Source of the DNA: Cenococcum geophilum
Taxonomy: Eukaryota
Length of the DNA: 64,000 nucleotides
Reading direction: 5' to 3'
Assembly: GCA_050273025.1 (NCBI GenBank)
Contig: CP158635.1
Location: 9,982,001 to 10,046,000, forward strand
Below, piece by piece: positions 11,376 to 25,200 of the stretch. The stretch's first letter is position 1. Each line of letters starts with the position of its first letter. Both the position numbers and the translations under genes were made by a program. The notes beneath the pieces were generated by a model. The model ran no database searches. It saw nothing but the letters and a program-made list of their open reading frames with translations, and was not told the origin of the DNA.

Positions 11376-13772
11376 ATAGCGAATTTCTTTAAATTAGAGA
11401 TAATTAAAACGAACCCTATTGGGGAAGGACTGAATAGCTTTCTTAATTTATTTAACTTAACTTATTAGGATCTAGGTATCCCTAGCTCTCTAGACTTATT
11501 ACGCCAGATAGGCAATAAAGGTAATTGTTAATTCATCCGTTATAGGTTCTCTCTAATATATATAGGGCTTAAAAATCTTACGGTTGACCTTATCCTGGTA
11601 TTATAGAACCTTCTCACTACTTAACTACTCCCGTCTAGCGCTAGCCGCGGCACTCTTTATAGTAACCTTCTTTAACTCCTCCCTTTAGTTAATTCTAACG
11701 ACTTTAATATTAAACGGTTTACCCCTCTCCTAAAAACAGTTATTAATCGCGAATTAGATAAGGACGTTTAAAGTAATACTATTACTACTATAACAGAGTC
11801 TATACCTCCCCCCTAACCGCTGCCACTCTATATTTAATAAACCCTATATTTATGTAATATAAGTAGCTTTACCAACTCGTCCGAATATAGGGAATACGTA
11901 GATTATGTTCTAAAGGAGGAGCTAGGCCCTTTTTATGTGGGGATTCCTAGCTTTTATAAAGCATTCTTTAAGGGAGTAGAAGGTCTTAAAAAGGTAAGCG
12001 CTGCCGTTTTTAAGAAATGTAAGAAAGGGAACAATCTACTATATGCTAAGGGCGGCTGGCGTAACTGGCCTAAAAGCGTAGAGCAAGATAATGTCCTAGA
12101 GTAGTTTAGTAGCCTAATTAAATTAATTTTAGGCTTTATAGAGAAGTATAGGTCCGCCCTAAAGATATAATAAACGCTTGTCGTATATACTAAGCAGCCC
12201 TTATAAGGGTCTATAGTAAAGCGAAAACTAGATATTGGTTTTGTGGATAATCTAATAGCTAGCAAAAGCTCTTAATACTATTAGTCGTATATACTTATAC
12301 TAGGAGAGCTAAAGAGTAATCTAAACTCCGATATACCCTTGTAGGCATGGTTTAATTTAGGGAAATATATAAAAGAAGTCTTCGCCACTTAAGACACTTA
12401 TTGCTTTATCTTAGGCTTTACCCTCTATAGATCTATTATGCGGCTATAGAAGTATAACTAGGTAGGAGGCATTGTATTATCATTATTTAATATTAATAAA
12501 GACGGACTACAATTTACCTTGGCGATGTTGGGATTTCTCTAAATAAATGAGGAGCAGCTTGGGTTTAACCCTACTATTCTAATATTAGACGGTAAATGAT
12601 ATATTAAGGTTATGCGTAATAATTAAACCGAGCGTCTTATCCTTAACGAATCTATAAAGCGGGCATGCTGTATTGCTGGTTAAGTAACTACTTACTAGAA
12701 AGCATACTATAAGGGGGACACCTTTAAGATACCCCTTGTTATTAAAGACTTGTGGTAGTACCTATAACGTAAGGAAGAAGGTAAACTGCTGCGTAAGGTA
12801 ATGGAGAAAGAAGTAGTTAACGTGGCTAGGTACTATTATTATAAGATAGTTTATATAGGCGGTAAAGAAGATAATATTTATAATAATGTCTGTAAGGGGC
12901 TAGATATTATAAGAGCGATAAACTATAAGCTAGAAAACTTAATAATGCCTCTAAGACCGGCTGAAGTAAAAATTAGAAAAGGCTAAAGTTCTAGTAAAAA
13001 GAGGTCGTCTAGCTATACTAACGCCCTATTACCGCCTAGCAAATATATATATTTGGGCTCTCCGCCTAAAGGTGGAAGGCACCCTATAACCCTAAATTGA
13101 GTATATTAACGCGTTATTACTAGGGACTATAGAAAGCCTCTTTATAAGGTAAGCTCTTAGGCTATAATGCTTACTATACTAAAGGGTAGTATTAAAGGAT
13201 ATAAGTCTTTATATACGCGGGCTGGTATTATTTAATATAACATTTTAATAGGTAACCTTATAATGAACGAGGAAGACGACAATCCTTCTTAGCCGGCATT
13301 CTTAATTGACTTTAATCTTATAATTAAGGAGTAGTAAGAAGGGCCTTTAGGAGCGCGGGGCAAGATTGGCATAAGAGCGTTTATAGCGATTAGAGTGCTC
13401 CTAGGCGAGATATACTTAGCTTAGCATAATCTTAAGTCGTTCTTTTAGGTGCTATTCTGGATATATATTTACTATAATAGACCTAATAAAAAAGGCAACG
13501 TTATTAATAGGTTTAATAAGTGGAATTCTATAGATACGGAAGAGCTAGCTAAGATAAAGAAAGGAGAAGTAGATAATAAAGGGGATTTTCTTAAGAGTGT
13601 AGATAATAACTTTTTACTATACTATTAGCTACTAATCCCTTAGGTTAATAGATTACGGAAGGTAGTATTTCTAAGCGGTAGAAGGCAAAAGGGAAAGGAT
13701 AAAAAACTTCCTTTTTAAATAAAGGAGGTGCTTTAGGAAGTAAGGAAGGATCTAAAGGTGCTAGTAGAGTAG
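11376..13772 (+). pseudogene. Fungal-specific FunK1 (Pkinase_fungal) protein kinase
   Basis: Motifs SSFTNSSEYREYVDYVLKEELG, KRKLDIGFVD, ILILGELKSN, FILGFTL..SIMRL*, LVIKDLW*Y, GII*YNILIGNLIM (HRD-like loop), AFLIDFNL, GKIGIRAFIAI and HNLKSFF*VLFWI. Confidence 0.92.
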
Positions 13773-15637
13773 ATAGAATAATATTTTATTATCTTATGCT
13801 CTTCTATATATAAGTGAAGTTTTACAGAGATTTGGGCGGTAAAGGCTAGGTAGTAGCCTTGGTTGAAATGTATATAAAATAGTATAGGGCAAGTAAACTA
13901 TTCCGTGGTTAATATATTATTCCTACTTATTTATACGCTACTAGATATGTAATTATACCTAAGTTTACTATAAGTGCACTAATCTCTAATATATGGTGAA
14001 AGCTTAGTGTATAAAATACTATAAGACCTAAAAAAGATACCTAATAAATGTAGCTAATAGATGGTTTCTTTTAGGTAATTGTAAAGAAATATGGTAAAGA
14101 TACTAGCAAAAACTATAGTAAAAGCCCGGCTAGTTATTGAGATTACTATATAGTCTTACGCAGCTTAAATTTAAACGGGTTGAGTACGGCGTAATATTTA
14201 AAAACATTAGGCAGAAAATATAGGAGGGAGGCTCTTTAAAATGGCTTTTAGAATCTAGTTTCCTTATATAGGCATAGGCCTGCTCTAGGAATACTTAGTA
14301 CCTTTTATAAGCTTTATTTTTCTATAAGTAGATAAAATGTGGCCCTATATAAATTAGGGATATAGTAATTTATTAAGCCCTTCTTAATAGAAATTATATT
14401 ATGTCGGGACCACTAGTTATTAAAACCCTGGGTTAAAAGTAATATTTTTTTAAGTATTTGCCCCTAAGTAAATGAGAACTATAGATTTATAGGTGAACAC
14501 CGCCGCTTTTAAAGGCCTATACGTTAACGTTGCCTATAAAAGTATAGTTCCTATCGCCGTTTTATTTCTAGCTTTAACTACTATTTCTCTCCTATAGCTT
14601 TATGCCGTCTATACTACCTATACTACTAGTCCTTTTCTATTCCTTCTATAGTTCTAGATATCCTTTAATAGTAAAACTATATATAAACCACACCCCTTTA
14701 TTTTAATTTAAATACTACTACTATAATATAAAAGATATTACTACGCCTTTAACTATAGCAAGCTTAAATATTCCTTCCTTATAGCGACGTGTAATGCTTA
14801 AAGGGCTTTACTAAAATCCTTTACGTTAGGTAAGATAGAGCCCTAACTAGCAATATAAATTAACTTATACCTTTTAGCTCAGTATGCATTAGTAAGTTAG
14901 TTCTTTATAACTAATAGGATTAGGCAATTGTATTTTAGGCCACTATGGCTAATTAAGCCGCTATTTAACAATCTATAAGGATTAACTTATAGGATCCTTA
15001 TTACGGTAAGTAACTCCGGCGTTTAGCTTTACGCACTACCGTTATGCTAGCGCTTTCCCTACTTAAGATAGTTATACAGCGAAAAACCTAGGTTAGTAGC
15101 GTGATTTAACTTTTAGATTGGATAGCATTATCTTCTAATTGCTTTAGCGTCTTAAGTTATATACCTATGTTGGTAAGTGGAGCTACCTAATATATTATAA
15201 GCTATAAGGATAAAGCCTAAGCAAAGTCTCCCTATGGGTATAGTAATTATATAATCTAGACCTTTTAATAGTAGCACCACTATATAGTATAGGGAGTGTT
15301 AGGGAGTAAGTATAGATAACCCGTTTTTACTATAGACTATAAGATAAAATAGCAAAGTTTAAGCAACCCCTTAAAGCCATCCTATGCCTAAGGCCGTTAG
15401 CTGAATCGCTATAATGGTACTATAAGGCGCCGAGATAAGAATTTTCTCTTAGGTTGCGGCAGATCCTATATCTTATCGTATTAAGGTAAGCGGGGTTAAT
15501 AGCTAGTATATTAAGGCTAGAATCTGAACTAGTTTATGAGCTAATAAGCTATAAGATAGCTAAGTTCCAGTGTAACAGAGTCTCTTTAATAGTAGAGTGA
15601 GTCCTTAAAGAATTCTAAGGTAGTAGGCTTAATTAGG

Positions 15638-15877
15638 CGATAACGATCAAGTGGGCGGTAGATGTATTAGTGATATAGTAATTATACCAGAGAGCTCCGC
15701 TTAATACTACTAGGCCTAACTATACGACAATAGAGTGGGCAGTAGGTATGTTAGTTGTATAGCGATCTCTAAAGAGCCCCGCCCGCTATTATTAAGTTTA
15801 ATTATGCGATAATAAAGTAGGTGGTAGGCGAGTCAATCCTATAGCGGTTATACTAGAGAGCTTCGCTTGCCACTATA
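15638..15877 (+). repeat. Three degenerate ~80-85-bp tandem units (GTGGGCGGYAGRYGTRYTAG...GAGCYCCGCYYG)
   Basis: Unit cores at about 15651, 15735 and 15817; homologous to the inverted array at 35.5-35.9 kb. Confidence 0.75.
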
Positions 15878-16009
15878 AATATAGCATCCTTTATTTATAT
15901 ATTGCCAACTTTTAGGTATATAGGCGACCTAATATACAGAGCTAGAAGTATCTGTGAGACTCTAGTTGCTATCTATCCGCTACCGGCGTATACCGTATAA
16001 ATGTTAACT

Positions 16010-17163
16010 TAATGGTAGATTTATAAGCTAGAGCGCTAGGTCTAAGGGATACTTAAGCCGTATAATAGACTATAGTATATAGGATCGAATTTGAACCTAG
16101 TATATGGCGCCTTTACCTCTATAATATTTTACTTAGATAATAAACATCACTACTAATATACTTATCTCTAAAGTATAAGTATTAGTGGCTAGAGGCTGTA
16201 TATAGCATCTAGTAAGTTTGTCCGCATTAGCGAGCCCTAAAAAGGCGATTCTGAATCATTACCTTAGACTATAAGATATAAAGCTTCTGCTTTCGCTAGT
16301 AGTTTTTAAGTATCACCCCCTTATAGTGTATATCTTTTATTTACTAGAATGCATTCTATACCAGAGTTTAGGACTATAAGCCCTAATTATATATTTAATG
16401 CTATAGATTAGGCCTAAGGACCCTAACCCCTATTTTAACCTATAAACTATATATTAACAACTTTATAGAGGCCCTTATAAATATACGGAGCGAAAGTCTT
16501 AATTATCCCGCCTTTAATCCTAATAGTAAGACTGATAGTCTTAATTTACCAGAATGTAGTAGCCTAGGGATTATAGTTGGATCTAATAATAACAATCCTC
16601 CTAAAACGAAGCGAGAACTATAGTTAAAGAAGTTTACTAAGTTTAACCCTTTAATCTATCCTAAGGAGACGACTTTACAATACCTAATAAATACTAAGCT
16701 TTATTCATTACCTAACGCTCTATCTCCTCGCTTTTTAGTAGAGCCAATAATTATATAAGGATATTTAACTTAGGCCGGAACTATTATTGTTAGGAATTAA
16801 ATATATAACTAGTACCTCTTGCCTATAGAAAACTATCTAACCTTATTATACGGAAGCCCTCGACCTATATTATCCCAAAAACCGATTTTCTATTTACGCG
16901 TATTATTGGGTTTCTATTTACCCGTATCTTCCTAATTATTGGGTTTACCCTAATGAATAAGATAAGCGTTTATAAAAAAGGATAATAATAAATTAATTCT
17001 ATTAAGGAGCAATAACGTCTGGTAAAAGGATATTATAAAGGAATTTCCAGATTAAACCTAGGTAAGTTTATAGATCTACTATTACGCTTAGTTAACAGAG
17101 AAGGTAAAGAAGACTAAGGATGCTAAGGGGCCTAATATGTCTGATATTGAAGAGGTAATGTAG
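16010..17163 (+). pseudogene. Myb/SANT-domain protein (domain about 16966-17095)
   Basis: AFIKKDNNKLILLRSNNVW*KDIIKEFPD*T*VSL*IYYYA*L matches the Myb pattern F..EDD..L..L.....W..I...FP.RT..SLQ.HY...L after de-RIP. Gene start uncertain. Confidence 0.62.
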
Positions 17164-18799
17164 TAGTAACCGTTTATAGTTATACCCTAGTATCCGCGAA
17201 ATAAAATATACCTTTTTTTAACCAATTAATGCTATATCTTAATAACTTGGCTCTATTTAGTCGCAGGCCTTTAGTAGAGTTATGTCTTTTAGCGCTATCT
17301 AATTCCTAGCTAAAGTATTTAACTAAAGTACTCTATAAACGATAGAATACTTTAGCGGTAACTCTACCCGCACTAGCATATTGTCCTCTTTTATATTACT
17401 GTATATTTAACCGTCTAATCCCTTATATACTATATTAACAGCGTTATAAATTAGTTGCTGGCTAATAAAGCACCTCTTTTTAAGTATAGGTGTGCAGTAC
17501 TAATATTCGCGGATGTGTTCTTTAAGTAGGTCTAGTATTAACGTCTCTAATATAGAGAGTTACTGACAATAAGACGTCGTAGGTAAGGTAGGGAAGTATA
17601 CGGATCTTAGGGAAGTTATTTCTTATATAGAACTTTTAAAAGTTCCCAAGCTATATAGTAAAAAAAGGACTGGGGTATAGGCTATTACAAAGGCTATTGG
17701 GCGACTTAAGGTATCTAGTATAAGCTAGGTAAGCGCCTAGGGTGAGCTAGATAAGCGCCTAGGGTAAGCGCTTAGGGTGAGCTAGGTAAGTATCTAGCGT
17801 AAATAAGTAAGCTGCTAGCTAAGTAAAAGGCGAGCTACGGCTTTATTTAGATTAAACCCGAGGTATATTTCTATAAGTTGCACTTTTGGCTATTTAACGC
17901 ATCTTTAATTAAGTTTATTGTTTTGCTTTAGAGATTATATTCCTACTAACTATACTTTATTCTATTAAAGTACCTAATAACTAGTTAACCTATTTATCTA
18001 TATTATTTAGTCTCTCCTTAATCTTAAGGACCTTCTTTATTACCACCTCTATCCCATAATTACATCGCCTAGCTATTTACTTAAATGTTTTGTGATTAAA
18101 ATTAAGAATTAATATATTATAATCTAAATCGCTAATGCTAGTTTTAATATCCTATAGTTGACACGCGAAATTTTCTAGCTCCTTCTATTCTTTATTAATT
18201 GCCTTATAATAATCAAAATAGATATACCTACTTTGCTATTACTTAGCTCTAAGTTATTAAACCTGTTTTCTAAGGTCTTCTAAGGTCTTTGCTAATGTCT
18301 TTTATTGCTACGTAAATGCTTCTAGCCGCGCCTTATATATATATTGCCACTTTATAAGATAATTAGCTAAAGTAGCCCTAGTACCCCTCTTTGGGTACCA
18401 TTATACGGCTTATATTATATTATAAAGAGGTTTAGAGACTTTTTTGACTTTTCTATCTTACTTTGCAGGATGCAGCTATAGCGGCTAGTTAGTTAAGTAA
18501 ATTTATTAAGATCAGACGCTAGCTTATGTGGTAATATATAATATAACTAGTAAAAGGATTATAAAAGTTCTTAATTAATGTATAGCTATTAATAATAGGG
18601 CTTAGTTATTAAAAAGTGGGAAAAGTAAAAACTTATATATTTTATATATTAGCCGCTCTAATGCCCCCTATAATATTTTAGGTATATTAAGTTATGTCTT
18701 AACTAATTCTAACGTCTATATGCGTTATACTATAACTAACTAATTTAGCGCTGTATCTAAAGTTAGAATAAGGCTGGAAATATCTTCCACTTCCGCCTT

Positions 18800-19887
18800 A
18801 TTATCCTTTTAGCTACCTAAATATATAGGATTAGGCACAACGGGCCCGGTAATTTAAGTAAAAACTTATCCTATTATACCGTTAAACCTATAATAAGAGA
18901 TAAAACCTAGAAACTGTACTTTACTAAGAGAAAATAGCGGCTGTAAAGAGGTTCTATTAAGGAAGTCCTAAGCTGTATTTAACTAGCGTTTTGGGTTTTA
19001 TAGAGTAAGGCTAGTTAGTTACTATAAAACCGTTCCGGGCTCTATTAATTGCATTATAATACGGCTAACAGCCTTTATATTAATATCCTCCGAATAAAAA
19101 GCCGCTTAAAGTATACTTTTACCTATATTTGCTGCTTAACCGTTAGCTTTTTATTTTAGGATAATTATTAGGTACTTACTAATCTTAATTTCCCTACTCC
19201 TTAAAATTAGGAGATTTTGGCAATTTAATAAGCTATAAATAATATAAATGCTATAGATAAATAGAAGTCCTTAGATTACCTATATTTAAAATTAAAGGCT
19301 AGTTTTAAATAGAATAGCTATATTACCTCCTTATAGACTATAGCAATTTTAAACTCTGCTAATATTTTAAAAGGGCTGGCCTAGATATCTGCTAACGATA
19401 TGGACAGGCACTTGTATATTAGATATACTATTTCGCCCTCTTTAAATACTTCTAGAATATTGATAATATTAGGGTGAGGTAACTTTAAGCATTCTAAACC
19501 GTTTACTGTCTTACTTGTCACTCTTATCTTAATAACTATAATAGGGAAAGTTGGCTCTATTTTAAAGGTAATAACCGTAGGTCCTACCTAATCTTCTTTA
19601 AGTAATTTGCGGTAGTAGTTTTACGGACTTTTTAAGACTATAAGGGTCTCTGATTCCTTTAATGGTGGAGTAGTTTTTTTATTATCGGCGGTAGATGATA
19701 ATAAGAAGAGCCCTAAATCTCTATTAACTTTAAGCGGAATATAAAATGGTATACGCTTGCGCTTATAAATGTACTTTCGTTTTATAAGTATATTAGGCCG
19801 ATCCTAATCCTCATTCGCGGTAGGTTTAATTGTTTTAGCGTTTTTTTTATATGCTAGAAATTTAGTAACCCGTCTTTATAAAGACAT
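18800..19887 (-). pseudogene. Protein kinase-like (probably pseudokinase) gene downstream of DUF3723
   Basis: ATG at 19887. Reads SP*NYYRKL..., IIVIK, HPNIINILEVF, YLIYKCLSISLADI, VI*GLLFIYS...IIYSLLNCQNLLILRSREIKI / intron / ANIGKSIL. No canonical HRD or DFG is recoverable. Confidence 0.72.
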
Positions 19888-20349
19888 TTTTCTCTTTATT
19901 AAAAAATTATGCTTTACTATAATATATATATATACTTCTTCTAAAAAAAGAATTCTTAAAATAAAACAAATATTAGAATATTATATAAATTTAAAACAGC
20001 TCTTTTAACACTATATATAAGATATCTAAAAATATATACATTTATTTAGGGATCTAGTTAAAAGGCCATTGACGCAGTAGAGTATCTATATTATCTCTAC
20101 TTTGAATAAAATAAGAGATTCGGCGTATCTTATAGGCTGTTTCGTTAGGAATTGGATTTAAGGACTAAGTATTTCCCCCTAGCTTATTCGTATCCCCTAT
20201 AAAGACCAACCCTTTTTTTTATCTCCCCTATACCTCCCATACCTATCCACTTAAAACGCTCTCTATTAGCAATAAAAAAATTATGCCTAGTATTCGCTAA
20301 ATCCACTAAAGTGGATTTAAATCTTGGAGACAACGCTAAGAATATATAA

Positions 20350-21770
20350 AGCCTACGATTTATATAAAGATATAGAATAATTAGCTTTTCCTAAATCATT
20401 TCTAAGAACGTAGAGTTATCGGGTAAGGGTATTGGGTCGTTCTCGCTTAAGGGTACGTTAATAGTTAGCCTTTAACTAGCTTCTAACTTAGGGTTTATTG
20501 TATTCTCTATATTACGACCTAAGGGGTTCCCTATACTAGGGCCTAAGGCTCCTAAGTTAGAGCTTAAGGGAGGCTCTAAGTTAGGGTTTAAGAGAGTGCC
20601 TAGTAGCCTACTGCTTAGTCTTTAAATAAGCGGCTCTAAAAGTTTATCGGGAACCCTAAAAAAAAGTATGGAATATATCTCACTTAATATAAAACGTTAA
20701 GGTATGTTGCTTTACCTAAATAGGCTACTAACTATTTATATTTTTGATAAATAAATATTTCCTATTAGCAATATGGGATTGTTTAAACGGTCGACTATAT
20801 TAGTATATTTTTGGCTGACGAATAGAGTTATTTGTAAGAAATGGGAAACTTATATAAGGATGGCGACTTGGTATATCTCTAATTATTTAACAAATCCGCT
20901 GCACTTACTAAAGTATAAGACTTGGCTTAAGCTTAGAGAGAGTTCTAAGGTAAGTTATACTAAGGAAGTCTTCTACTATATTCTCTATGTGATTTGTATA
21001 TATTAACTAAGTAATCTTATTAAAGCTAAAGCCTAGTCTTTGTGTAAGGAATCCTAGCCATTCCTATAATATATCGCATAGCTTGACCTCTAGTTTAGGC
21101 TTACCGAGGTCCTTCCAGGGTGTTATACTAGTAAGTTAAAGAAAGTGTCGTATAGTAAAAAGCTAAATTTGTAGGTAGCCAAGCCTAAAGTTTAATTCCT
21201 TTAAATTACTTTCTTTTATAGTGTAAACGCTTTCTACTGTTTATATACTTATTTAGCCTTAATTTAATCCTAGGTAGGCTCGTCCTATAGCTATCTACAC
21301 TATACCTTTAAATTTATTTGGCAGAAGTCTTTTAACCACCTTAGAGTACGGTTTAAGATATTTTATGTCCTTAAAAAATGTATATAGAGAAGGAATTCAT
21401 CCTAGGAAATTCTTTAGGCGCTCTAAGATTCCGCTTCGTACTTAGTAAGAAATAACGGCTAAAAAGAGTTAACTATCCTTTATAAGATTTTCAATCTCTA
21501 ATCTATTATATAACGAACCTTAGGGAATAAAAAGCTTAATAAGAAAAACTGTACAAAAATCTAAGAGAGGTATAAGGGCTTTGTTATTATTAAGTATATA
21601 TAACTATAAACTATAAATATAGTTAAGATAGTAAATAAGCTCCTATACAATATTAGTTATAAATTTTAGCCGGCTTTAATTATTATAATTACCTTATCGC
21701 ATTTTAAAGTAAGGATATAATATAAAGTGCCCAGCTAAAGTGCCGGCCAAAGCCTAATAAGTAAAAGAAG
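20350..21770 (-). pseudogene. DUF3723 protein, 3' part (after the Copia insertion)
   Basis: LLLLIRLWPAL*LGTLYYILTLKCDK / intron / ELIYYLNYIY... and IPSLYTFFKDIKYLKPYSKVVKRLL. The 3' end is approximate. Confidence 0.8.
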
Positions 21771-22238
21771 TGTTGGTACCAATTTAATGGTATAAGTGAG
21801 TCGTGTCTAGGGGCACAAAATACGTATAGTATCGTATGCTTATTTAGACGGTGGTGACTGTCGATTCTATTGAGGTAGACTACGTGGTCTATATACTGAC
21901 GCGCCTCCCCCCTAATTAGTCAGCACGTAGGTGGTTGGTGCACGAACGCGTATTTACGCGTTCGTACACCAGGTGCTATAATTATACACTGGCGGTACTT
22001 GGAAAATGAAACCACTTGTGTACAGCCTCCGTAATTACCTTAATAGAACCATAAAACACATAAGAAAATACATAGGAAATCCCTCCTGAGGTGCCTTCTG
22101 GGTTGCCTTCCAAATGGTGCTCCAAGCTGGCCGTAAGTCCTGCTTACGGTCCGTAAAATGAACTGTACGGCCTTTTGACGGGCTGTAAATGCACCGTACG
22201 GCCTTCCGACGGGCCGTAGCTGAACTATAAATGCTCCG

Positions 22239-25200
22239 TTAGTCTCGCTCTACTTATTCTATAACCTTTAGGTTGAGCTTGTTCGTGTCGATTAGGGTTT
22301 TAAGAGCTTAATATGGCTTTGCCTTAGTTATGGCGTCTGCTAGGTTGTCTCCACTACTAATCCATTTAACCTCCGTAATCTTACGTTGTTCGTAGGCCTA
22401 ATATAAGCACATTAGGTCGACTATAAGCCTCTTCTCTTGTGTCGTACCTAGTTTAACTAGGCAGTCGTAAAGGGACTTTGAATTGGTGTATAAAACTAGG
22501 GGTAACTGCTCCAGTTATAGAATCTTCTGGACTGTTGATTTGATTGCGGCTGCTATATTAAAGCCATAAGCTAGTGCATATAGTTTAGAGGCTAGTACAC
22601 TACGGGTTACTTGTTTGCACTTAATTGAAGACTAATATAGTATATTTGCGTCCTAATTGCGGTCCGTAAGTATAATTATAAAGCCGATTTGTAATAATAG
22701 GTCTTTGTTATTGGTAAAGGAGGCGTTTGTAAATGCTAGTAAGCTAAGGGAACTTAGGTCTAGTGGTATAAAAGTAAGTCCCCTTGCTGCATTGTCAATT
22801 TGCCACTAAATGCGCTTATTAAGCTGCTTAATATTTTTTTCTTGCGGATTTACTGCCTGGGCCGCAAAGGACAAGTCGTAGGCAGATTTGGGTTGGCAGA
22901 CTATGGCAATATAGGCGCCTCTTGCACGCTATGCAGTGTATTAGTCCTTTATATTTACGGTCTTACGGGTCTCTCCGCGGGAACTGGTGAGGTTTGTAGG
23001 CTTTGCTATAATAAGCTTTAGGTTTTAAGCTTGGCGTTCCTGGGTCAGCTAGATTAAGTTGCCCTTTTATATAATTAAGCCTCCGTTAAACTTAATTAGA
23101 GTTTACTTAGTTAACTGCTTTTGCGGCTTTGCCAGGAACTTAGCTTCTTATAGTTTAGTCTCTTTAGCGTCCGTAAATATCTGGTCTGCTAAGAAGAGGG
23201 TATTATCTGTTTGGAGTCTAATAATACTAAGGCCGTTTAATAGGCTGTATAGGAGGCAGGGGTTGTAGGTCGACTGTTCCATTTTAAGTTTACTGACGTA
23301 GTGCTAGTGGTATGTCTTAAACTAATGGTTTCTGGCTTCTGGTACTCCGTAAAGAGGTTTTATAACCCGTAAAATTGTTCCTAGTTATAGGTTAAGCTTA
23401 TAGGGTGGTCGTATAAAGATATCCCTACTTAGGTAGGTGTTAGACTGCACGTAGGCTTGTGAGATATCCCGTAAGTAAAGGGCTACGGATTTGGTTTGCT
23501 GTAGTCTAGGCGTAAGTGCGAGTATAATCCGTTAACTAACCCGTTGAATTGTAGGTAATTGCGTAAGGACTAGGTCCTTTCTCTGGTCGTTATAAGCTTA
23601 TATAATAAGCCTTAATTTCTTAAAGGCTTTGTTAGTACTAGGGTGCTTAATCTTGTTAATAAAGCGTAAGTTAAATATACGGACGCCTTGCGGAACGTCT
23701 CTCTCCGTTATAATTGCAAAGACACCCTTTTTAAGTAGTCTATTAATCTCTTTACGCCGTAAGTCCGTAAAAGGGGTTTCCTATACTAGAACTGATATAT
23801 CTATAGGCGGAGATTGCTTTGCGGATATGCCTGCGGAGGTTAGGTAGTTCTCCGTTACGGGATTCTTATAGGGGCGTCCTCGGCCACGCTTTACGGCAGG
23901 TTTAGTAGGTTTAGTGGGTTTCTGGGGGACCTCTGGGGTAGGCAAGGGTACCTCCAGTTTGTCTAATTCGGCAGTCGTTTCTAGTTCGTCTGGTTTGGTG
24001 GTTACTTCTAGTTTATCTAGCTTGATGTCATGGGTGTTTTTAGGCCAAAAGTAGGGTTTTACGGACGTGCTTCTGAAGCTAGTTGGCCCGCTAGGAAGCT
24101 GTACGCAGCACGTCTCGTTTTCTACGGCTAGTAGATGGTAAGGTCTATTCTAACTGCCGCTTTTACGCTATATGAGGACTTCAGAGTTAAGCGGGAGGTT
24201 GTGTACTAAGGTTGTATTAGGTCCGTTGCGGTAGTATAGGGCGTTATTGACAGTTTGTTTGGCCCGTAATTTGACTATTTTGGCCATTGCCTTCCGTATT
24301 ATAGCTGCTCGTTCCGTAATAGACGGGGCAGGAGGGCCTAGGCTGCTTATCCTTGGGTAGGCTCCGTAAACCAAGAGGGTGGGTACTAGTCCGTTAGGGC
24401 TAGCGGTGTTGTTAATAGCTTTTACGGCCATCTATAAAGCTAGTTCCTTTTAAATGTCCTTGTACTCGTCTATAATAATCTAATAAGCTCTCCGTAGAGC
24501 TAGGTAAGCTCGCTTAATAAGCCCGACGGACTAATACGCCTTAACTGGAACAGCTTTTATTAATATAGCCATGGCCATAGCATACTGCTGGAATTCCTTG
24601 CTGATGAAGTTCCTACCGGTGTTGTAGGTGATATACTTAGGAGGTTTAACGTACGTGTTAATCTAGCAGGTCCGTAAGATATCCCAAGTGTGCTTTGCGG
24701 ATATATTTTGCAACTAACGGGCGGCTTAGTAGCGGGTTGCCTCGTTAATTATGTGTAATACTGGGCTGCCGTTAATATACATAATGTCTACGTACACTGA
24801 GTGGTTGAAGTTAAGGTCCTCGCGAAGGGTGAACTTAAATCGGCCTAGGGAACGTCCGTATTTCTGGCAAAAGGAGCAGTATTTAGTTAGGTAATTAACT
24901 GCCTTTCTATTAATATTGTCGTGTCTAGAGCGTTTAAGGACTCTATATAGCTTTTTGGCTAATGGGTGGCCGAAACGGCGGTGCAGACGGTGGATCTTTG
25001 TACTGGTAAGGTAGCACGGGTTATAGTTGAAAGATTCCTAAATATAGGTCCGTAAAGTCTCTCCCTATATAAGGAACGGGTGTCTAAATCGTTGTGTAAT
25101 TAGTAGGGTAATATGCTTACTTCCTGGGGCAGTTACGGGGCCGATTAAGGTGTCTGTAATATTGTTATAGTAAACCTGTAACCTGTCTATGTCCGCAAGG

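Noticed and set aside
17722..17800. AAGCGCCTAGGGTGAGCTAG short repeats
   Set aside because: Only 3-4 irregular copies; no interpretable structure.
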